The notes: generated by a model from the sequence alone, not told the origin. A DNA stretch of 64,000 bases from Coriobacteriia bacterium (GCA_009779855.1 WRBC01000008.1:8615-72614), one strand, 5' to 3'. Numbered from the stretch's first letter, positions 41,226 to 52,525 are shown. A program made the numbers and translations.

Positions 41226-43101
41226 TGATCTAAAAGATCTTGATTCGGCACAACTTAATCAACTTTGTGCGGAACTTCGAACTGAATTAATTCAGACCGT
41301 TTCAAAAACAGGGGGTCACCTTGCCCCAAATCTGGGAGTTGTGGAACTTACCGTTGGTGCTTATCGTGCCTTAAATACTCCACCAGATCGTATGGTTTTT
41401 GATGTCGGGCACCAAAGCTATGTGCATAAATTACTTACGGGAAGAAGAGATGACTTTCACACCTTAAGAACTTTCGGTGGCGTTTCAGGCTTCCCTAAAA
41501 GAACAGAGTCTGAATTTGATCTTTATGGTACGGGTCATGCCTCAGATTCACTTTCTGTTGCACTGGGCTATGTATTAGCACATGGCGGATACAAAGGTAT
41601 GAAGCCAGCCAAAGATTTCCCCCAGGTTGTTGCCATGATAGGGGATGGATCGATGACGGGCGGTATGGCGTGGGAAGCACTCAATCATATCGGACACACA
41701 GGCGCCAATATGACAATCATCCTTAACGATAATGAAATGTCGATTTCTCAAAACGTTGGTGCATTGACAAGCTATCTAGGACGCATTCGCCTTGATCGTC
41801 GTTACTGGGGTAAACGTGAGTTTGTGCAGCGACACCTAGAGCGTCACGGTGAAGCAGGTAAACATTTACTTGATGTCGGAATTAGAGTACGCGATTCATT
41901 TAAGCATCTAGTTGTTCCTGGAATGATTTTTGAAGAGCTAGGAATCTCTTATGTGGGTCCCATAAACGGCCATGATATTGAACAAGTTGAGACTGCTGTT
42001 CGTATGGCAAAAGCAGTACCTGAACCCATCATAATCCACGCAGTGACGCAAAAAGGACGGGGTTATGCCCCAGCGGAAAACAACCAGACCCTGTTCCATG
42101 GTGTAGGTGCTTTTGATATTGCGACAGGTGAAGTACATTCAAGTCCAGATGCGACACCAGCATATACGCAGATTTTCGGGGAATCACTAGTAAAAGAGGC
42201 TGAGAAGAATCCCAGCATTGTAGCCATTACCGCTGCAATGCCCAATGGTACAGGACTTGACATCTTCTGCGATCACTTTGCTGATCAGCCAGAACGTTTT
42301 ATCGATGTTGGCATTGCAGAAGAACATGCCGTGGGATTAGCTTCAGGACTTGCCCTAGGGGGCAAACTGCCTGTTGTCGCAATCTACTCTTCGTTCCTGC
42401 AGCGATCCTATGATCAAATTATTGGAAACGTAGCCTTGCAGGATGCACATGTAGTTTTTGCAATAGATCGTGGTGGTCTTGTGGGTGAAGACGGGCCGAC
42501 TCATCACGGTGTTCATGATTTAAGTTATTTGCGCACCGTGCCTGGTATGCAGATTCTAGTGCCTGCTAATGAAGTTGAACTTCAGGATGCCTTGCACACA
42601 GCACTAAGGCTAGAGGGCCCTGTTGCTTTACGCTATCCGCGTGGCAGCGGAGAGGGACTCATCTTGCCTGATGAGCCTAGTATGTGGGAATACGGCAAGG
42701 CAGTAGAATTAAAGCGCGCAGCTGATCAGGATGTCGTTATCCTGGCTGTTGGACGTATGGTTGAATCTGCTGTTAAGGCAAGTGAAATCTTGGCGCAAAA
42801 AGGAATCAATGCAAGTGTAGCCAATATGCGCTGGGTTAAACCACTGGATGAAAGTTATTTGCAAGAAGTGGCTGGCAGACATAAATTGGTGGTGACTCTG
42901 GAAGAGAACACTATTCGTGGCGGATTTGGGTCAGGTGTTATGGAATTTCTTGAATCGGCTGAAATCACCACACCTGTGCTGCAGATGGGTACTCCTGATG
43001 CTTTTGTTGCGCAGGGATCTGTTAAGCAATTGCTTGAGGTTGTGGGGCTTGACGCGCAGAGCGTCGCAGATAAAATTGTTGCTCGCCTAAAAAAGAAGTA
43101 A
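41188..43101 (+). CDS. dxs: 1-deoxy-D-xylulose-5-phosphate synthase
   Basis: TPP-binding motif (GDGSMTGGMAWEALNH), a transketolase-like pyrimidine-binding domain and a C-terminal domain. Confidence 0.9.
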   Translation: MAMSLLQTITTPNDLKDLDSAQLNQLCAELRTELIQTVSKTGGHLAPNLGVVELTVGAYRALNTPPDRMVFDVGHQSYVHKLLTGRRDDFHTLRTFGGVSGFPKRTESEFDLYGTGHASDSLSVALGYVLAHGGYKGMKPAKDFPQVVAMIGDGSMTGGMAWEALNHIGHTGANMTIILNDNEMSISQNVGALTSYLGRIRLDRRYWGKREFVQRHLERHGEAGKHLLDVGIRVRDSFKHLVVPGMIFEELGISYVGPINGHDIEQVETAVRMAKAVPEPIIIHAVTQKGRGYAPAENNQTLFHGVGAFDIATGEVHSSPDATPAYTQIFGESLVKEAEKNPSIVAITAAMPNGTGLDIFCDHFADQPERFIDVGIAEEHAVGLASGLALGGKLPVVAIYSSFLQRSYDQIIGNVALQDAHVVFAIDRGGLVGEDGPTHHGVHDLSYLRTVPGMQILVPANEVELQDALHTALRLEGPVALRYPRGSGEGLILPDEPSMWEYGKAVELKRAADQDVVILAVGRMVESAVKASEILAQKGINASVANMRWVKPLDESYLQEVAGRHKLVVTLEENTIRGGFGSGVMEFLESAEITTPVLQMGTPDAFVAQGSVKQLLEVVGLDAQSVADKIVARLKKK

Positions 43102-43793
43102 TGGCAAAAAAGCGCTATACGGGTCCTTATGTTTCGCGTGGCGGAGAGAAGTTGCGTGGCGCGCTAGAAGACTTTGCTTATTGCGCCCAGGGAAAGCGTG
43201 CTCTTGATGTGGGGGCATCTACGGGTGGCTTTACTGACTGCTTATTGCAGGCAGGTGCGAGTCATGTTGTTGCTCTAGATGTTGCTTACGGGCAGTTCGC
43301 TTGGAAATTGCGCCAAGATCCTCGAGTGCAGGTAGTTGAGCGCACGAATTTCAAGAACGTAGCTCTAACCGATTTGCCAGAATTGGCCGATTCTGTGTTT
43401 GCACCCCCTTATGACATAGTGGTTGCTGATCTTTCTTTTATCTCTCTAGCTAAATTAACAAGTCAATTTAGGGCTGCTATTGTTGACCAGGGTGATTTAC
43501 TCTTATTGGTGAAGCCTCAATTTGAAGCTGCGCGCGATGAGGTCCCAAGGGGTGGGGTCATCACCGACCCCTTACTACACATTGAAGTGTTGCAGCGACT
43601 TGAGGTGAGTTTTTTAGAAGCGGGGCTTGCGCCTATAACATGGTCCTATTCACCCATTAAAGGGCCGCGGGGAAATATTGAATTTTGGTTACATGCGCGC
43701 AGAAACGATATCAATTCAAAAGTATCGGAATCTGAGGCAAATTGCGCTACCATTGAAAAAGTCGTAAGTGCCGCACACGTAGACTTGTCTTAA
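43101..43793 (+). CDS. tlyA: TlyA-family rRNA (cytidine-2'-O)-methyltransferase, short form
   Basis: VSRGGEKLRGAL...LDVGASTGGFTDCLL FtsJ-like motif. Conserved tlyA-nadK-recN order. Confidence 0.8.
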   Translation: MAKKRYTGPYVSRGGEKLRGALEDFAYCAQGKRALDVGASTGGFTDCLLQAGASHVVALDVAYGQFAWKLRQDPRVQVVERTNFKNVALTDLPELADSVFAPPYDIVVADLSFISLAKLTSQFRAAIVDQGDLLLLVKPQFEAARDEVPRGGVITDPLLHIEVLQRLEVSFLEAGLAPITWSYSPIKGPRGNIEFWLHARRNDINSKVSESEANCATIEKVVSAAHVDLS

Positions 43794-43820
43794 ATTTCTT
43801 CATGCACTTCAGGAGGGCCT

Positions 43821-44696
43821 ATGAGTCTCACACATAAAAAAATCACATTAGTCGTAAACGACTACGATGAGCGTGCGCTTGTGGCTGCTGATTACTTACG
43901 TAAATGGTGCACTGGTAAAGGCATTGTTTTTCATCAGGACGATGAAAAGGCGCAGGCGAACCTAGCCACAGATTTAGTCGTTGCCCTAGGTGGGGACGGT
44001 ACCATTATTCGTGCTGTGCATAAATTTCTTCATAGTGAGACTCCTATTCTAGGGGTGAAATTTGGCAGGCTGGGTTTTCTTTCAGGTGCTCACTCTGATG
44101 AACTGATTGAAGCAGTTGATGCTACCTTGCAGGGACGGACAGAGATTGAAAAGCGTGCTTTGCTACAGGTAACGGCCTGGTCAAAGGATGCTCAGCTGGG
44201 AACTTACTACGCATTAAATGAGGCAGTCTTAAACAGGCATACGGATTCCCCTGTTGTGTCAACGCGCCTTAGCATTAATGGACACACGGTTTATCAGTTG
44301 CGTGGTGACGGCATTATTGTGTCAACAGCCACAGGGTCCACTGCCTATGCGCTCTCAGCAGGAGGACCAATTCTGAGTCCAGAGTCAGACGCGATGGCTC
44401 TAGTTCCTTTAGCTTCGCATACCCTAATCAATCGTTCTATTGTGACTGCTCCAAAGGACCTGGTGCGTGTAGACTTATCTAATTCTGATTACGCGGGGGC
44501 AACCTTGTCCATTGATGGCAAGGTTGCCATAGATAATGTGTACTTAGAGCGGTCAAGCCCCTCTGTAGGGCAGGCATTAACTCATATTGAGCTGCGCATT
44601 GCAGAGGATTATTGGGTGCCCCTAGTTAAGACATCGACACGCCTGTTCTTTGATACCTTAGCAACTGAATTCTATAGACATGAGGACTTAGATTAA
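43821..44696 (+). CDS. nadK: NAD kinase
   Basis: GGDGTIIRAV and the NE/D short motif. Confidence 0.85.
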   Translation: MSLTHKKITLVVNDYDERALVAADYLRKWCTGKGIVFHQDDEKAQANLATDLVVALGGDGTIIRAVHKFLHSETPILGVKFGRLGFLSGAHSDELIEAVDATLQGRTEIEKRALLQVTAWSKDAQLGTYYALNEAVLNRHTDSPVVSTRLSINGHTVYQLRGDGIIVSTATGSTAYALSAGGPILSPESDAMALVPLASHTLINRSIVTAPKDLVRVDLSNSDYAGATLSIDGKVAIDNVYLERSSPSVGQALTHIELRIAEDYWVPLVKTSTRLFFDTLATEFYRHEDLD

Positions 44697-44697
44697 A

Positions 44698-46356
44698 ATG
44701 TTGCGCGATCTTCACATACAAAACCTTGCCCTGATTGATGACGTCTGGTTAGAGTTCGGTCCAGGGCTTACCGTTCTAACGGGGGAGACAGGTGCAGGAA
44801 AGACGGTACTTCTTTCTGCGCTTGAGCTCATAATGGGCAGCCGTGGTGACAGTGGGCAAATTGCTGCTGGTGCTGACAAAGCAAAGGTTGAAGCGATTTT
44901 TGAGATAAGGATGAAATCATCTTTATCGCCGGAAGAATTAACCATATCAAGAACGATGGGTGCAAATGGCAGAACGCGCGTCTTGTTACAGGGAGACCTT
45001 TCTAGTGTAAGTGCTTTGCAAAAGCAGATTGGTATTCTTATTGACCTGCATGGACAACATGACCATCAGGCACTTCTTTCTTCGTCTCGCCATGTTGAAT
45101 ACCTTGACCGGTGGGCGAATACTGATATTGCTCCATTAATGAAGGCGTATACTGTTGCCCGCAGGGAATGGCAACAGGCACAGCGCGAATTGAAGGAGCT
45201 CGAGGATATGCTTGCGCGCAGCCTTGAGGAGCGTGACGCAGGACGTATCGCACTGGCAGAGATTGAGAGCGTCAATCCGCAACAGGGTGAAGATGATGAA
45301 CTGCGGGAAAGACTACCGGCACTGCAAAATTCGGAACGCATTACAGAGTTAATGAATCAGGCACAGGACTTGTTGCGCGGAGAGAAGGCTGTTCTTGAGC
45401 AACTTTATGATCTTGATACTATCCTGGAGCAAGTGGGTGCGTTTGATCAAGCTACGCATGAATTGCGTCAGGCGGCAAATGAGGCTAGGCAAATGCTGGA
45501 TGGTATTGCTGATGCAGTTAGCGAGTATGCAGCAGGAATACAGCATGATTCGCGGGTACTTGAGCAGGCCTTTGATCGCTTAAGTATACTTGAGAGTCTG
45601 GCAAAGCGTTACGGGCCGACACTGGGGGCAGTGATAGAGCGCAGGGAACGCCTAACCTCCCTAATTGATGTTGCCGAAAATAGCGATGAACGACTCTTTA
45701 ACGCGAGGGATGCAGAAAAGACTACACGCGTGACACTGATGGATGCTGCGCGAAATCTGGCAGAAAAAAGAAAAGTAGCCGCAAAGGTTTTTATTGAGCG
45801 TCTTTCTGACGCGGCGAAAGACTTAGAGCTGGGTAAAGTGCGATTCGACATAGATTTTGCAGAGCTTCCTTTCGAGCAGTGGACAGCAAACGGTAGTGAA
45901 AAAGTGGAGATACTTTACGCGCCAGCCCCCACTGTACCTGCACGACCTCTTGTTAAAATTGCCTCAGGAGGAGAAATTTCACGGGTAATGCTAGCACTTA
46001 AGTCTGTGCTAGGCGGAGCAGATAATACAAATATCCTTATCTTTGATGAGGTTGATGCTGGTATAGGTGGGGCTACAGGCCTGGCTATAGGTGCAAAGCT
46101 AAAAAGTCTTGCAGAAACCCATCAAGTCATAGTGGTGACTCATCTGGCCCAGGTAGCAGCTTACGCAGATGCTCATTTCAAGGTAAGTAAGAACTTTGCG
46201 GGCGATAAGGTCAACACAGTGGTTTCCCCTCTAGGGGAAGATGACCGAGTTATTGAGTTAGCACGCATGCTATCGGGATCGGATAGTGAGACCGCAATCA
46301 GTCATGCAGAGGAACTTATTCAAATAGCTCAAAGTGCTACGGCACCCATGAAGTAA
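44698..46356 (+). CDS. recN: DNA repair protein RecN
   Basis: Walker A GETGAGKT, a long coiled-coil and a C-terminal ABC signature (ASGGEISRVMLALK) plus Walker B (LIFDEVD). Confidence 0.9.
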   Translation: MLRDLHIQNLALIDDVWLEFGPGLTVLTGETGAGKTVLLSALELIMGSRGDSGQIAAGADKAKVEAIFEIRMKSSLSPEELTISRTMGANGRTRVLLQGDLSSVSALQKQIGILIDLHGQHDHQALLSSSRHVEYLDRWANTDIAPLMKAYTVARREWQQAQRELKELEDMLARSLEERDAGRIALAEIESVNPQQGEDDELRERLPALQNSERITELMNQAQDLLRGEKAVLEQLYDLDTILEQVGAFDQATHELRQAANEARQMLDGIADAVSEYAAGIQHDSRVLEQAFDRLSILESLAKRYGPTLGAVIERRERLTSLIDVAENSDERLFNARDAEKTTRVTLMDAARNLAEKRKVAAKVFIERLSDAAKDLELGKVRFDIDFAELPFEQWTANGSEKVEILYAPAPTVPARPLVKIASGGEISRVMLALKSVLGGADNTNILIFDEVDAGIGGATGLAIGAKLKSLAETHQVIVVTHLAQVAAYADAHFKVSKNFAGDKVNTVVSPLGEDDRVIELARMLSGSDSETAISHAEELIQIAQSATAPMK

Positions 46357-46491
46357 ATACGAGTAGGATTCGCGCTTTTATCCTACAAGCCTTTTATCGA
46401 TAAGGTGTGACATAGGTCTACATACACATTTGGCATATATTCAATTCACAATTAGTCTATAATAGATTGACATCGAGACATGTACTAATTT

Positions 46492-48804
46492 GTGAGGAGA
46501 CAAGTTATGTTCTTGCGTCTGAAGAAATTCATTTACCTAATTGCACTAGCCCTTCTTATTAGCGTACTTGTTCCTGCGGCGGCTTTTGCAGATACCTATG
46601 GTCCTTTTACGGTAACAAGCTCCACAGGAGCGACTCCTGCCGGGGTAACGTGGAATTTCCCTGTAGCTGGCATGCTTACTATCACTAATACAACTGATAC
46701 GTTGACTATATCGACCACTGCTCCTGCATCCGATCAGTGGATTACTGTGGCCCCTGCTGGCGGAGGAACTACAAGCCTGGTGTTAGACGGTCTTGACATT
46801 ACGACTACTACCTCTGGTTATAATGCGCTTACCGTTATTGGGGGAACGCTTGATCTTACCCTTGCGGCAGGCTCAACCAATACTCTTGATGCTGGTTTTA
46901 CCAGCACAACCGAAGGGTTTCATGGGGGACTTACGCTCTACAATCAGGCTAACCTGGTCATTGGGGGCGAGGGAAGTTTATATACAAAGTCTTATTTTAG
47001 TGCTGCTATTGGTGCTGGTTATGCTAGCTCCACCTTTCCGCTTGCGGCAGTCTATCCTGGTACTACTGCTGGTCAAGCCCTAGGTGGGAATATTACTATC
47101 AATGAGGGAACAATAACTGCGACGGCTGTACTATCAGGTGCGGGTATTGGCGGTGGATATGCACTTGCGAGTGGGTATTCACGCGTCTCTAGAATAGGTG
47201 ATATCACCATCAATGGGGGAACTATAGCCGCCAGAGGTTATGGAGGCGCAGGGATCGGTGCGGGATATTCTTCTTCGGCGGGAAACATCCTTATTGCTGG
47301 CGGCTCTATCGATTCGCGCGATGTGGGAGGGACACCTGGTGCAGGTATTGGTGCAGGTACTGCCGGTCTGGCTCCTTATGAAAATGCAAACGCTGAAAGC
47401 CTTACTATTACTGGTGGGACCCTTTATGCGGCAGGAGGGCCCAATGGCGGCGCAGGCATTGGTTCTGGTTACACTTTTGTAGGTAGTGGCACTGCCACAC
47501 TAGGCTCTGTCCTTATCACGGGTGGCACAGTCATAGCCTCAGCGGGCAATTCTGGTGCTGATGATATTGGAGTAAGTACTTCAAGCACTAATAGTCCTGC
47601 ACCATCCAGCATAACTATCACGGGTGGTTCAGTACATCCCCTGAATAATCGCGTTGCCCCGCAACCTACTAATGGTACAGAAGATGTTTTTCTTAATAGT
47701 CTAACGCTAGGGGATCCACCCTCTGCTTCAGATACGCTCATATCAGCAGGAAGCATCAACGGAGTCGCCTGCACAACTAGCGTAAGTCCTACGCCTCCGG
47801 TCTACGGAATTAATTCAGTGTATACAGACGATATATCAGTAATCTACCCCTGGCTTCCTGCAGTAACAGGGGAGGAAACAGTTATCATGAGGATAGCAGG
47901 TCAGCCCCTTGCCTATGTCAACACGTTTGAACGAGTGGACGCACACATTATTGAGACGCTTTATTTGACAAGCCTCAACGTTCCCAATGCTTTTATAGAT
48001 CCCGACCCAGTAAATGGGGTACGCATCACCAATAATCCCAGAGTTACTATTACAGGGCTTGATGAGGCAGTTGGCTCAGAAAGCTTAACACTGCATTATT
48101 ATTTGGATGGAAGCTCTGCGCAGGAGGTCTCGCAGTTAGGTTCGCCTTTTTCTGTGACCCTTCCCGAAGGCATGCGTGCGGTAACTTTTTGGGCAACAAA
48201 TCCCTCAGGTGGATCTTCGGAAAGAATTACAAGAAGATACCTTGTAGATTTGACGGCGCCTGTTACTGTGGCAAGTCAAAGAGGAGGTACCTACACTGAG
48301 GTGATTAGTCTCACCTTGAATGCTTCTGACCCCAGTGCGCCTGATGGCAGTGCTGGTTCAGGCGTGGATAGAATCTATTACTCTTTGGTTCGTAATGGTG
48401 GCTTAGCAGAAGTAAGTAGTATGGCGACGCAGTCTCTTCCTGCGAATCTCTACACTGCGGGACAGTGGATTGTGCTTGACGCAAGTGGGACTTACACCTT
48501 GTCCTTTTTTGCCGTGGACCGGGCGGGAAATAGGGAACAAGTAGTCACAGAAACCTATGTAGTGGACTTAGCAGAAGATAATTCTAATGTCACACCTTCA
48601 CCTGGTGCTGATGCTGGTGGCGACACAACATCTACTGTCGCAACTTCTTCACCAAAGACGGGAGACAGCGCAACAATTCTTCCCCTTGCGGTGGCTATGG
48701 TAGCGGGAAGTATTGCGATAACTATAGCGGTGACTTTGTACCGAACACGGGAAAAATCCGTATATAATAATACTTATGAAAATCGTGGGCAATTATACGT
48801 ATAG
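46492..48804 (+). CDS. Secreted Gly-rich beta-helical repeat cell-surface protein with C-terminal SPKTGD sorting-like signal
   Basis: Signal peptide. ~8 degenerate repeats of GxAGIGAGY...ITIxGGTI, then a domain with VDRAGN-type motifs. C-terminus is SPKTGDSAT + TM helix + YRTREKS. Confidence 0.6.
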   Translation: MRRQVMFLRLKKFIYLIALALLISVLVPAAAFADTYGPFTVTSSTGATPAGVTWNFPVAGMLTITNTTDTLTISTTAPASDQWITVAPAGGGTTSLVLDGLDITTTTSGYNALTVIGGTLDLTLAAGSTNTLDAGFTSTTEGFHGGLTLYNQANLVIGGEGSLYTKSYFSAAIGAGYASSTFPLAAVYPGTTAGQALGGNITINEGTITATAVLSGAGIGGGYALASGYSRVSRIGDITINGGTIAARGYGGAGIGAGYSSSAGNILIAGGSIDSRDVGGTPGAGIGAGTAGLAPYENANAESLTITGGTLYAAGGPNGGAGIGSGYTFVGSGTATLGSVLITGGTVIASAGNSGADDIGVSTSSTNSPAPSSITITGGSVHPLNNRVAPQPTNGTEDVFLNSLTLGDPPSASDTLISAGSINGVACTTSVSPTPPVYGINSVYTDDISVIYPWLPAVTGEETVIMRIAGQPLAYVNTFERVDAHIIETLYLTSLNVPNAFIDPDPVNGVRITNNPRVTITGLDEAVGSESLTLHYYLDGSSAQEVSQLGSPFSVTLPEGMRAVTFWATNPSGGSSERITRRYLVDLTAPVTVASQRGGTYTEVISLTLNASDPSAPDGSAGSGVDRIYYSLVRNGGLAEVSSMATQSLPANLYTAGQWIVLDASGTYTLSFFAVDRAGNREQVVTETYVVDLAEDNSNVTPSPGADAGGDTTSTVATSSPKTGDSATILPLAVAMVAGSIAITIAVTLYRTREKSVYNNTYENRGQLYV

Positions 48805-48835
48805 AGGACGGGGTTATCAGGGCATACTATGCTTA

Positions 48836-50014
48836 ATGCTTGTTTTGGCGTTGGTGTTTACAAGTGCGCCTATGCTCTACGCTACTCCAGAAAACACTAC
48901 TGCAACTGAGAATGCTCAGACAGAACAGGCTTCGCCAGGTGCGGGCTCTATTACTACTGACCTTGCTCCTGAAATTCAGCGCCCAGTAGAACTGGACGTT
49001 TCAGCCGCTGATACGGAAGAAGCTCGTGAGCTTCTGGCTCGCGCAACTCCAGCGCAGCGTGCAGAACTTGAAGAATTTTATGCCCAGCTAGATGAAATTG
49101 ACCGCGAGACAGAGATCGCCGTTGAAGAATACAATGCAGCAAGAATGCGCTTAGATAACGTTACTGGCTCTATTGAGGCTTCAGAGCAAGATATCGCTGT
49201 CCTAGAGCAAGCTTATCTGGCGCAGGCAAATCGCCTGGGCAATCGTGCCGTTGAAATTTATCGTGGCAGCAGAGCAGACATGTTGTTGATTATGATTTTT
49301 GAAGCAGAATCTTTTCAGGACCTACTTTCGCGTATAGAAATTATTAACCAATTGGTGTCTTCAGATTCTGATCTTATGTCTAGGATTCGAGACCAAAGGT
49401 CCCGCTTGGAAGCAATTACCCAACAGTTAAGCCTGGATGAAAGTGAGGCTGCGAGCCTAGAGTTTGAAATGCGTGCTCGCATGATAGAGGTAACTGCTCG
49501 CAATGAGGATCGCAAGCAGGAATTGCGTGACCAGAACATTACTCTGCTGGAATTGTTTGAAGCAGAGCAACTTCGGCGCGCAATTGCAGAACAAGAGCTC
49601 GCTCGCTCTGTAGATGGAGGGGACCACAGTGAGATTGTCGCTGTTCCAGGTTCACCGGTAGAAACTGCAATGGCATTGCGTGGCATTCCTTATGTCTGGG
49701 GCGGGGCCTCCAGAGATGGTTTTGATTGCTCTGGACTGATGCGGTTTGTGTTTTCACAGCATGGGGTCGACCTTCCCCATCATTCAGGAACTCAAGTATT
49801 GCATGGTCAACGGGTTATGGGTGATTTGCAACCAGGAGACCTTATCTTTTTTGGTACGCCTATTCATCATGTGGGTATGTACGTAGGGGGAGGGTATTTC
49901 ATCCATTCGCCCCGCACAGGCGAGGTAGTAAGTTTAAGATCCTTAGCAAGCAGAAGTGACATGGTGGCCGCCAGAAGAATTGATTGGCAACCCAGAGTAG
50001 GAGCCCCCAGATAA
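48836..50014 (+). CDS. RipA-like secreted NlpC/P60 peptidoglycan endopeptidase with N-terminal coiled-coil
   Basis: Signal peptide, a long coiled-coil and a C-terminal NlpC/P60 domain (GIPYVWGGASRDGFDCSGLMRFVF...H...HVGMYVG). The start is chosen at the first Met that gives a signal peptide. Confidence 0.75.
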   Translation: MLVLALVFTSAPMLYATPENTTATENAQTEQASPGAGSITTDLAPEIQRPVELDVSAADTEEARELLARATPAQRAELEEFYAQLDEIDRETEIAVEEYNAARMRLDNVTGSIEASEQDIAVLEQAYLAQANRLGNRAVEIYRGSRADMLLIMIFEAESFQDLLSRIEIINQLVSSDSDLMSRIRDQRSRLEAITQQLSLDESEAASLEFEMRARMIEVTARNEDRKQELRDQNITLLELFEAEQLRRAIAEQELARSVDGGDHSEIVAVPGSPVETAMALRGIPYVWGGASRDGFDCSGLMRFVFSQHGVDLPHHSGTQVLHGQRVMGDLQPGDLIFFGTPIHHVGMYVGGGYFIHSPRTGEVVSLRSLASRSDMVAARRIDWQPRVGAPR

Positions 50015-50736
50015 TGAAGAATACTGCGCCTGAAGCAAAGCTTAAGCAGCAAGACAGTTTACCGCAGATACAATCGGCACAGTCTGTGACACGGCAAAGT
50101 TGGATGTTGCCAGGATTAGTGGCTCTACTGGGTTTTATAGCAAGTATTGCTCTTGTGATGAGGTTTCCACCTGTAGTTGAACTGGAGGAACTTGTTCGAC
50201 TTCCTGTTTTCCACGGAGCTTTGACCTGGGCTAGTTTCGTTCTTTTTCTCCTGCTGGGAATCCTGGGTCTTTGGGCGTACTTTGGAAAAAGTGCAAAGAC
50301 ATACAGTTGGTCTCAGGCTATTCGTTATAGTGTTATAGGTCTGTGGATACTAAATTTTGCTATGGGACTTACCATTGCAGCCTTATTTTGGGATTTTAGC
50401 GCATCTTCACAGTCTCCAATTTTATATTTAGCTATGGAGCCCCGCATTCGGCTGCAGTTTGCTGTTTCAATATTAGGTATCGCAGTCCTAATTCTTCCAA
50501 CAATTTTTGAGCGCTGGCGTACTTTGGCGCTTTTTGATGGAGTTTATGGTTTTGGAACGCTTGTTTTGACCTATGTTGCTCTAAGTTTTGGTCAAAGCCT
50601 GCACCCGTCTAATCCTGTTATGTCCTCTGAAGAAGGGATTCTTCGCTACACTTTTTTATTGGTGTGCTTTGCGTTGGTTGTCATGTGCGCAGGTATTGTT
50701 ATGCTGGTACGCGCACTAATTGCACAACAAACATAA
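50014..50736 (+). CDS. Hypothetical polytopic membrane protein
   Basis: ~7 TM helices and no known motif. Its start overlaps the ripA-like stop by 1 nt (taATG). Confidence 0.4.
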   Translation: MKNTAPEAKLKQQDSLPQIQSAQSVTRQSWMLPGLVALLGFIASIALVMRFPPVVELEELVRLPVFHGALTWASFVLFLLLGILGLWAYFGKSAKTYSWSQAIRYSVIGLWILNFAMGLTIAALFWDFSASSQSPILYLAMEPRIRLQFAVSILGIAVLILPTIFERWRTLALFDGVYGFGTLVLTYVALSFGQSLHPSNPVMSSEEGILRYTFLLVCFALVVMCAGIVMLVRALIAQQT

Positions 50737-50773
50737 AATTATAGATTTTTAAGAACCCTAAGGTCAGGAGAGC

Positions 50774-52480
50774 TTGTCTATGAAAGCCCTAGTTACACAA
50801 ATTGTGGAAGATGCCCTGTCGGCAGCTATTGCATCAGGAGAATTGCCCTTACAAGAAGTGCCTTCTGCAGATATTGAACGCCCGCGTGATGCTACGCATG
50901 GCGACTGGGCTACAGCTGTTGCCTTGCGTAGCGCAAAGCTGGCAGGAATGTCGCCGCGGGCAATTGCAGACATTGTTGTCTCGCATTTGTCTGACCATCC
51001 AGACATTGATGCAGTAGAGATAGCAGGTCCCGGTTTTATTAATTTGCGCCTATCCGTGAAGGCATTGACACGCATTATCACTGAGGTGCGTGAGCTGCGA
51101 GCGAGCTTTGGTAAGGCAGAACCTAAGGCAGAATACATCCAGGTAGAATTTGTTTCTGCAAACCCTGTTGGCCCCATGCACGTAGGGCATGGTCGCTGGG
51201 CAGCCCTGGGAGACGCCCTCTGTTTAGTGTTAGAACATGCAGGATACCGTGTTCAGCGCGAATTTTACTTAAATGACGAAGGAAATCAGATGAACGTTTT
51301 TGCGGACTCTGTCGCAGAGCGATATCTGGAATTGTGCGGTGAATCTTTTGATGAGGATCTTATTGGCTATAAGGGTACCTATATTAAAGATATTGCAGCG
51401 CAGATTTTTGAAGCGGAAGAGCGTCAGTGGGTAGAAGTGTCTGCCAGCGAACGTCGCTCTTACTTTAGGCAACGTTCCTACGATCAAGTGCTGTCACACG
51501 TCAAGTCTGTTCTTGAGCGTTTTGGGGTAGCTTTTGATCAGTGGTTTTCTGAGCACAGCATGCATGTACCAGACGATGAAGGCAAGACAGAGATTCAAAA
51601 GAGCATTGATGGACTAGCTGCGAAAGGCCATATCTATGAAGAAGAGGGTGCGCTGTGGTTTAAATCAGAAGAGTTAGGTGATGACAAAAACCGTGTGCTG
51701 CTAAAGGGCGATGGATCCGCTACGTATTTCGCGGCAGATATTGCTTATCATGAGAACAAATTTATGCGCGGCTTTGGTAAAGTCATCAATCTGTGGGGCG
51801 CAGACCATCATGGATACATCAAACGCATGGAAGCAGCAGTAGCTGCCTTGGGACATGCAGGACAGTTGGAGATCTTATTAGGACAATTGGTGACGCTGTA
51901 CCGCGATGGTCAACTGGTACGTATGTCAAAGCGAACAGGTGAAATGGTCACCTTTGAAGAGCTTATTGACGAGGTTGGTGTAGATGCCGCTCGTTATCAC
52001 CTAGTACGTATTTCCAGCGATCAACCTTTAGCTTTTGACATTGATCAGGCAAAAGATCAGTCGTCAAATAATCCTGTTTTTTATGTACAGTACGCTCATG
52101 CACGTATCTGCAGTATTTTGCGCAAAGCCGGTAATAAGAGTGGGGAAGACGTAGCGGATATTGATGCTTTGGCTGCAGCAGTGATTGGTGAAAGTATTGA
52201 CCTATCGCTACTAAGTCACGAGGCGGAGCTTGCGCTTATGCGTAAGATTTCGGAGTTTAGCGAGGTAGTAGAGCGTGCAGCACGTGATAGAGCCCCCTTC
52301 AGATTGACCCATTATGCTGAAGAGCTTGCATCTCTCTATCATCAGTTTTATCAACAATGCCAGGTACTAGGTGATGATGAGGCCTTAAGTAATGCACGAT
52401 TATCTTTGGTGGATGCTGTTCGGCACACCTTGGCAAATACGCTTATGCTTATTGGGATAAGTGCCCCTAATAAAATGTAG
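50774..52480 (+). CDS. argS: Arginine--tRNA ligase
   Basis: HIGH-like PMHVGHGRWAALGD and a KMSK-like MSKRTGE. Confidence 0.9.
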   Translation: MSMKALVTQIVEDALSAAIASGELPLQEVPSADIERPRDATHGDWATAVALRSAKLAGMSPRAIADIVVSHLSDHPDIDAVEIAGPGFINLRLSVKALTRIITEVRELRASFGKAEPKAEYIQVEFVSANPVGPMHVGHGRWAALGDALCLVLEHAGYRVQREFYLNDEGNQMNVFADSVAERYLELCGESFDEDLIGYKGTYIKDIAAQIFEAEERQWVEVSASERRSYFRQRSYDQVLSHVKSVLERFGVAFDQWFSEHSMHVPDDEGKTEIQKSIDGLAAKGHIYEEEGALWFKSEELGDDKNRVLLKGDGSATYFAADIAYHENKFMRGFGKVINLWGADHHGYIKRMEAAVAALGHAGQLEILLGQLVTLYRDGQLVRMSKRTGEMVTFEELIDEVGVDAARYHLVRISSDQPLAFDIDQAKDQSSNNPVFYVQYAHARICSILRKAGNKSGEDVADIDALAAAVIGESIDLSLLSHEAELALMRKISEFSEVVERAARDRAPFRLTHYAEELASLYHQFYQQCQVLGDDEALSNARLSLVDAVRHTLANTLMLIGISAPNKM

Positions 52481-52525
52481 CTAACCCTTGGGAAAATTGC
52501 ATAATTTGATATATAACTGTATCAC

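Noticed and set aside
46430-46491. Sigma70-like promoter for the beta-helical surface protein gene (TTGACA at 46467, TATAAT at 46458)
   Set aside because: Perfect hexamers are present but the spacing to any partner element is wrong (10-13 or 22 bp). Left as unassigned A/T-rich leader.
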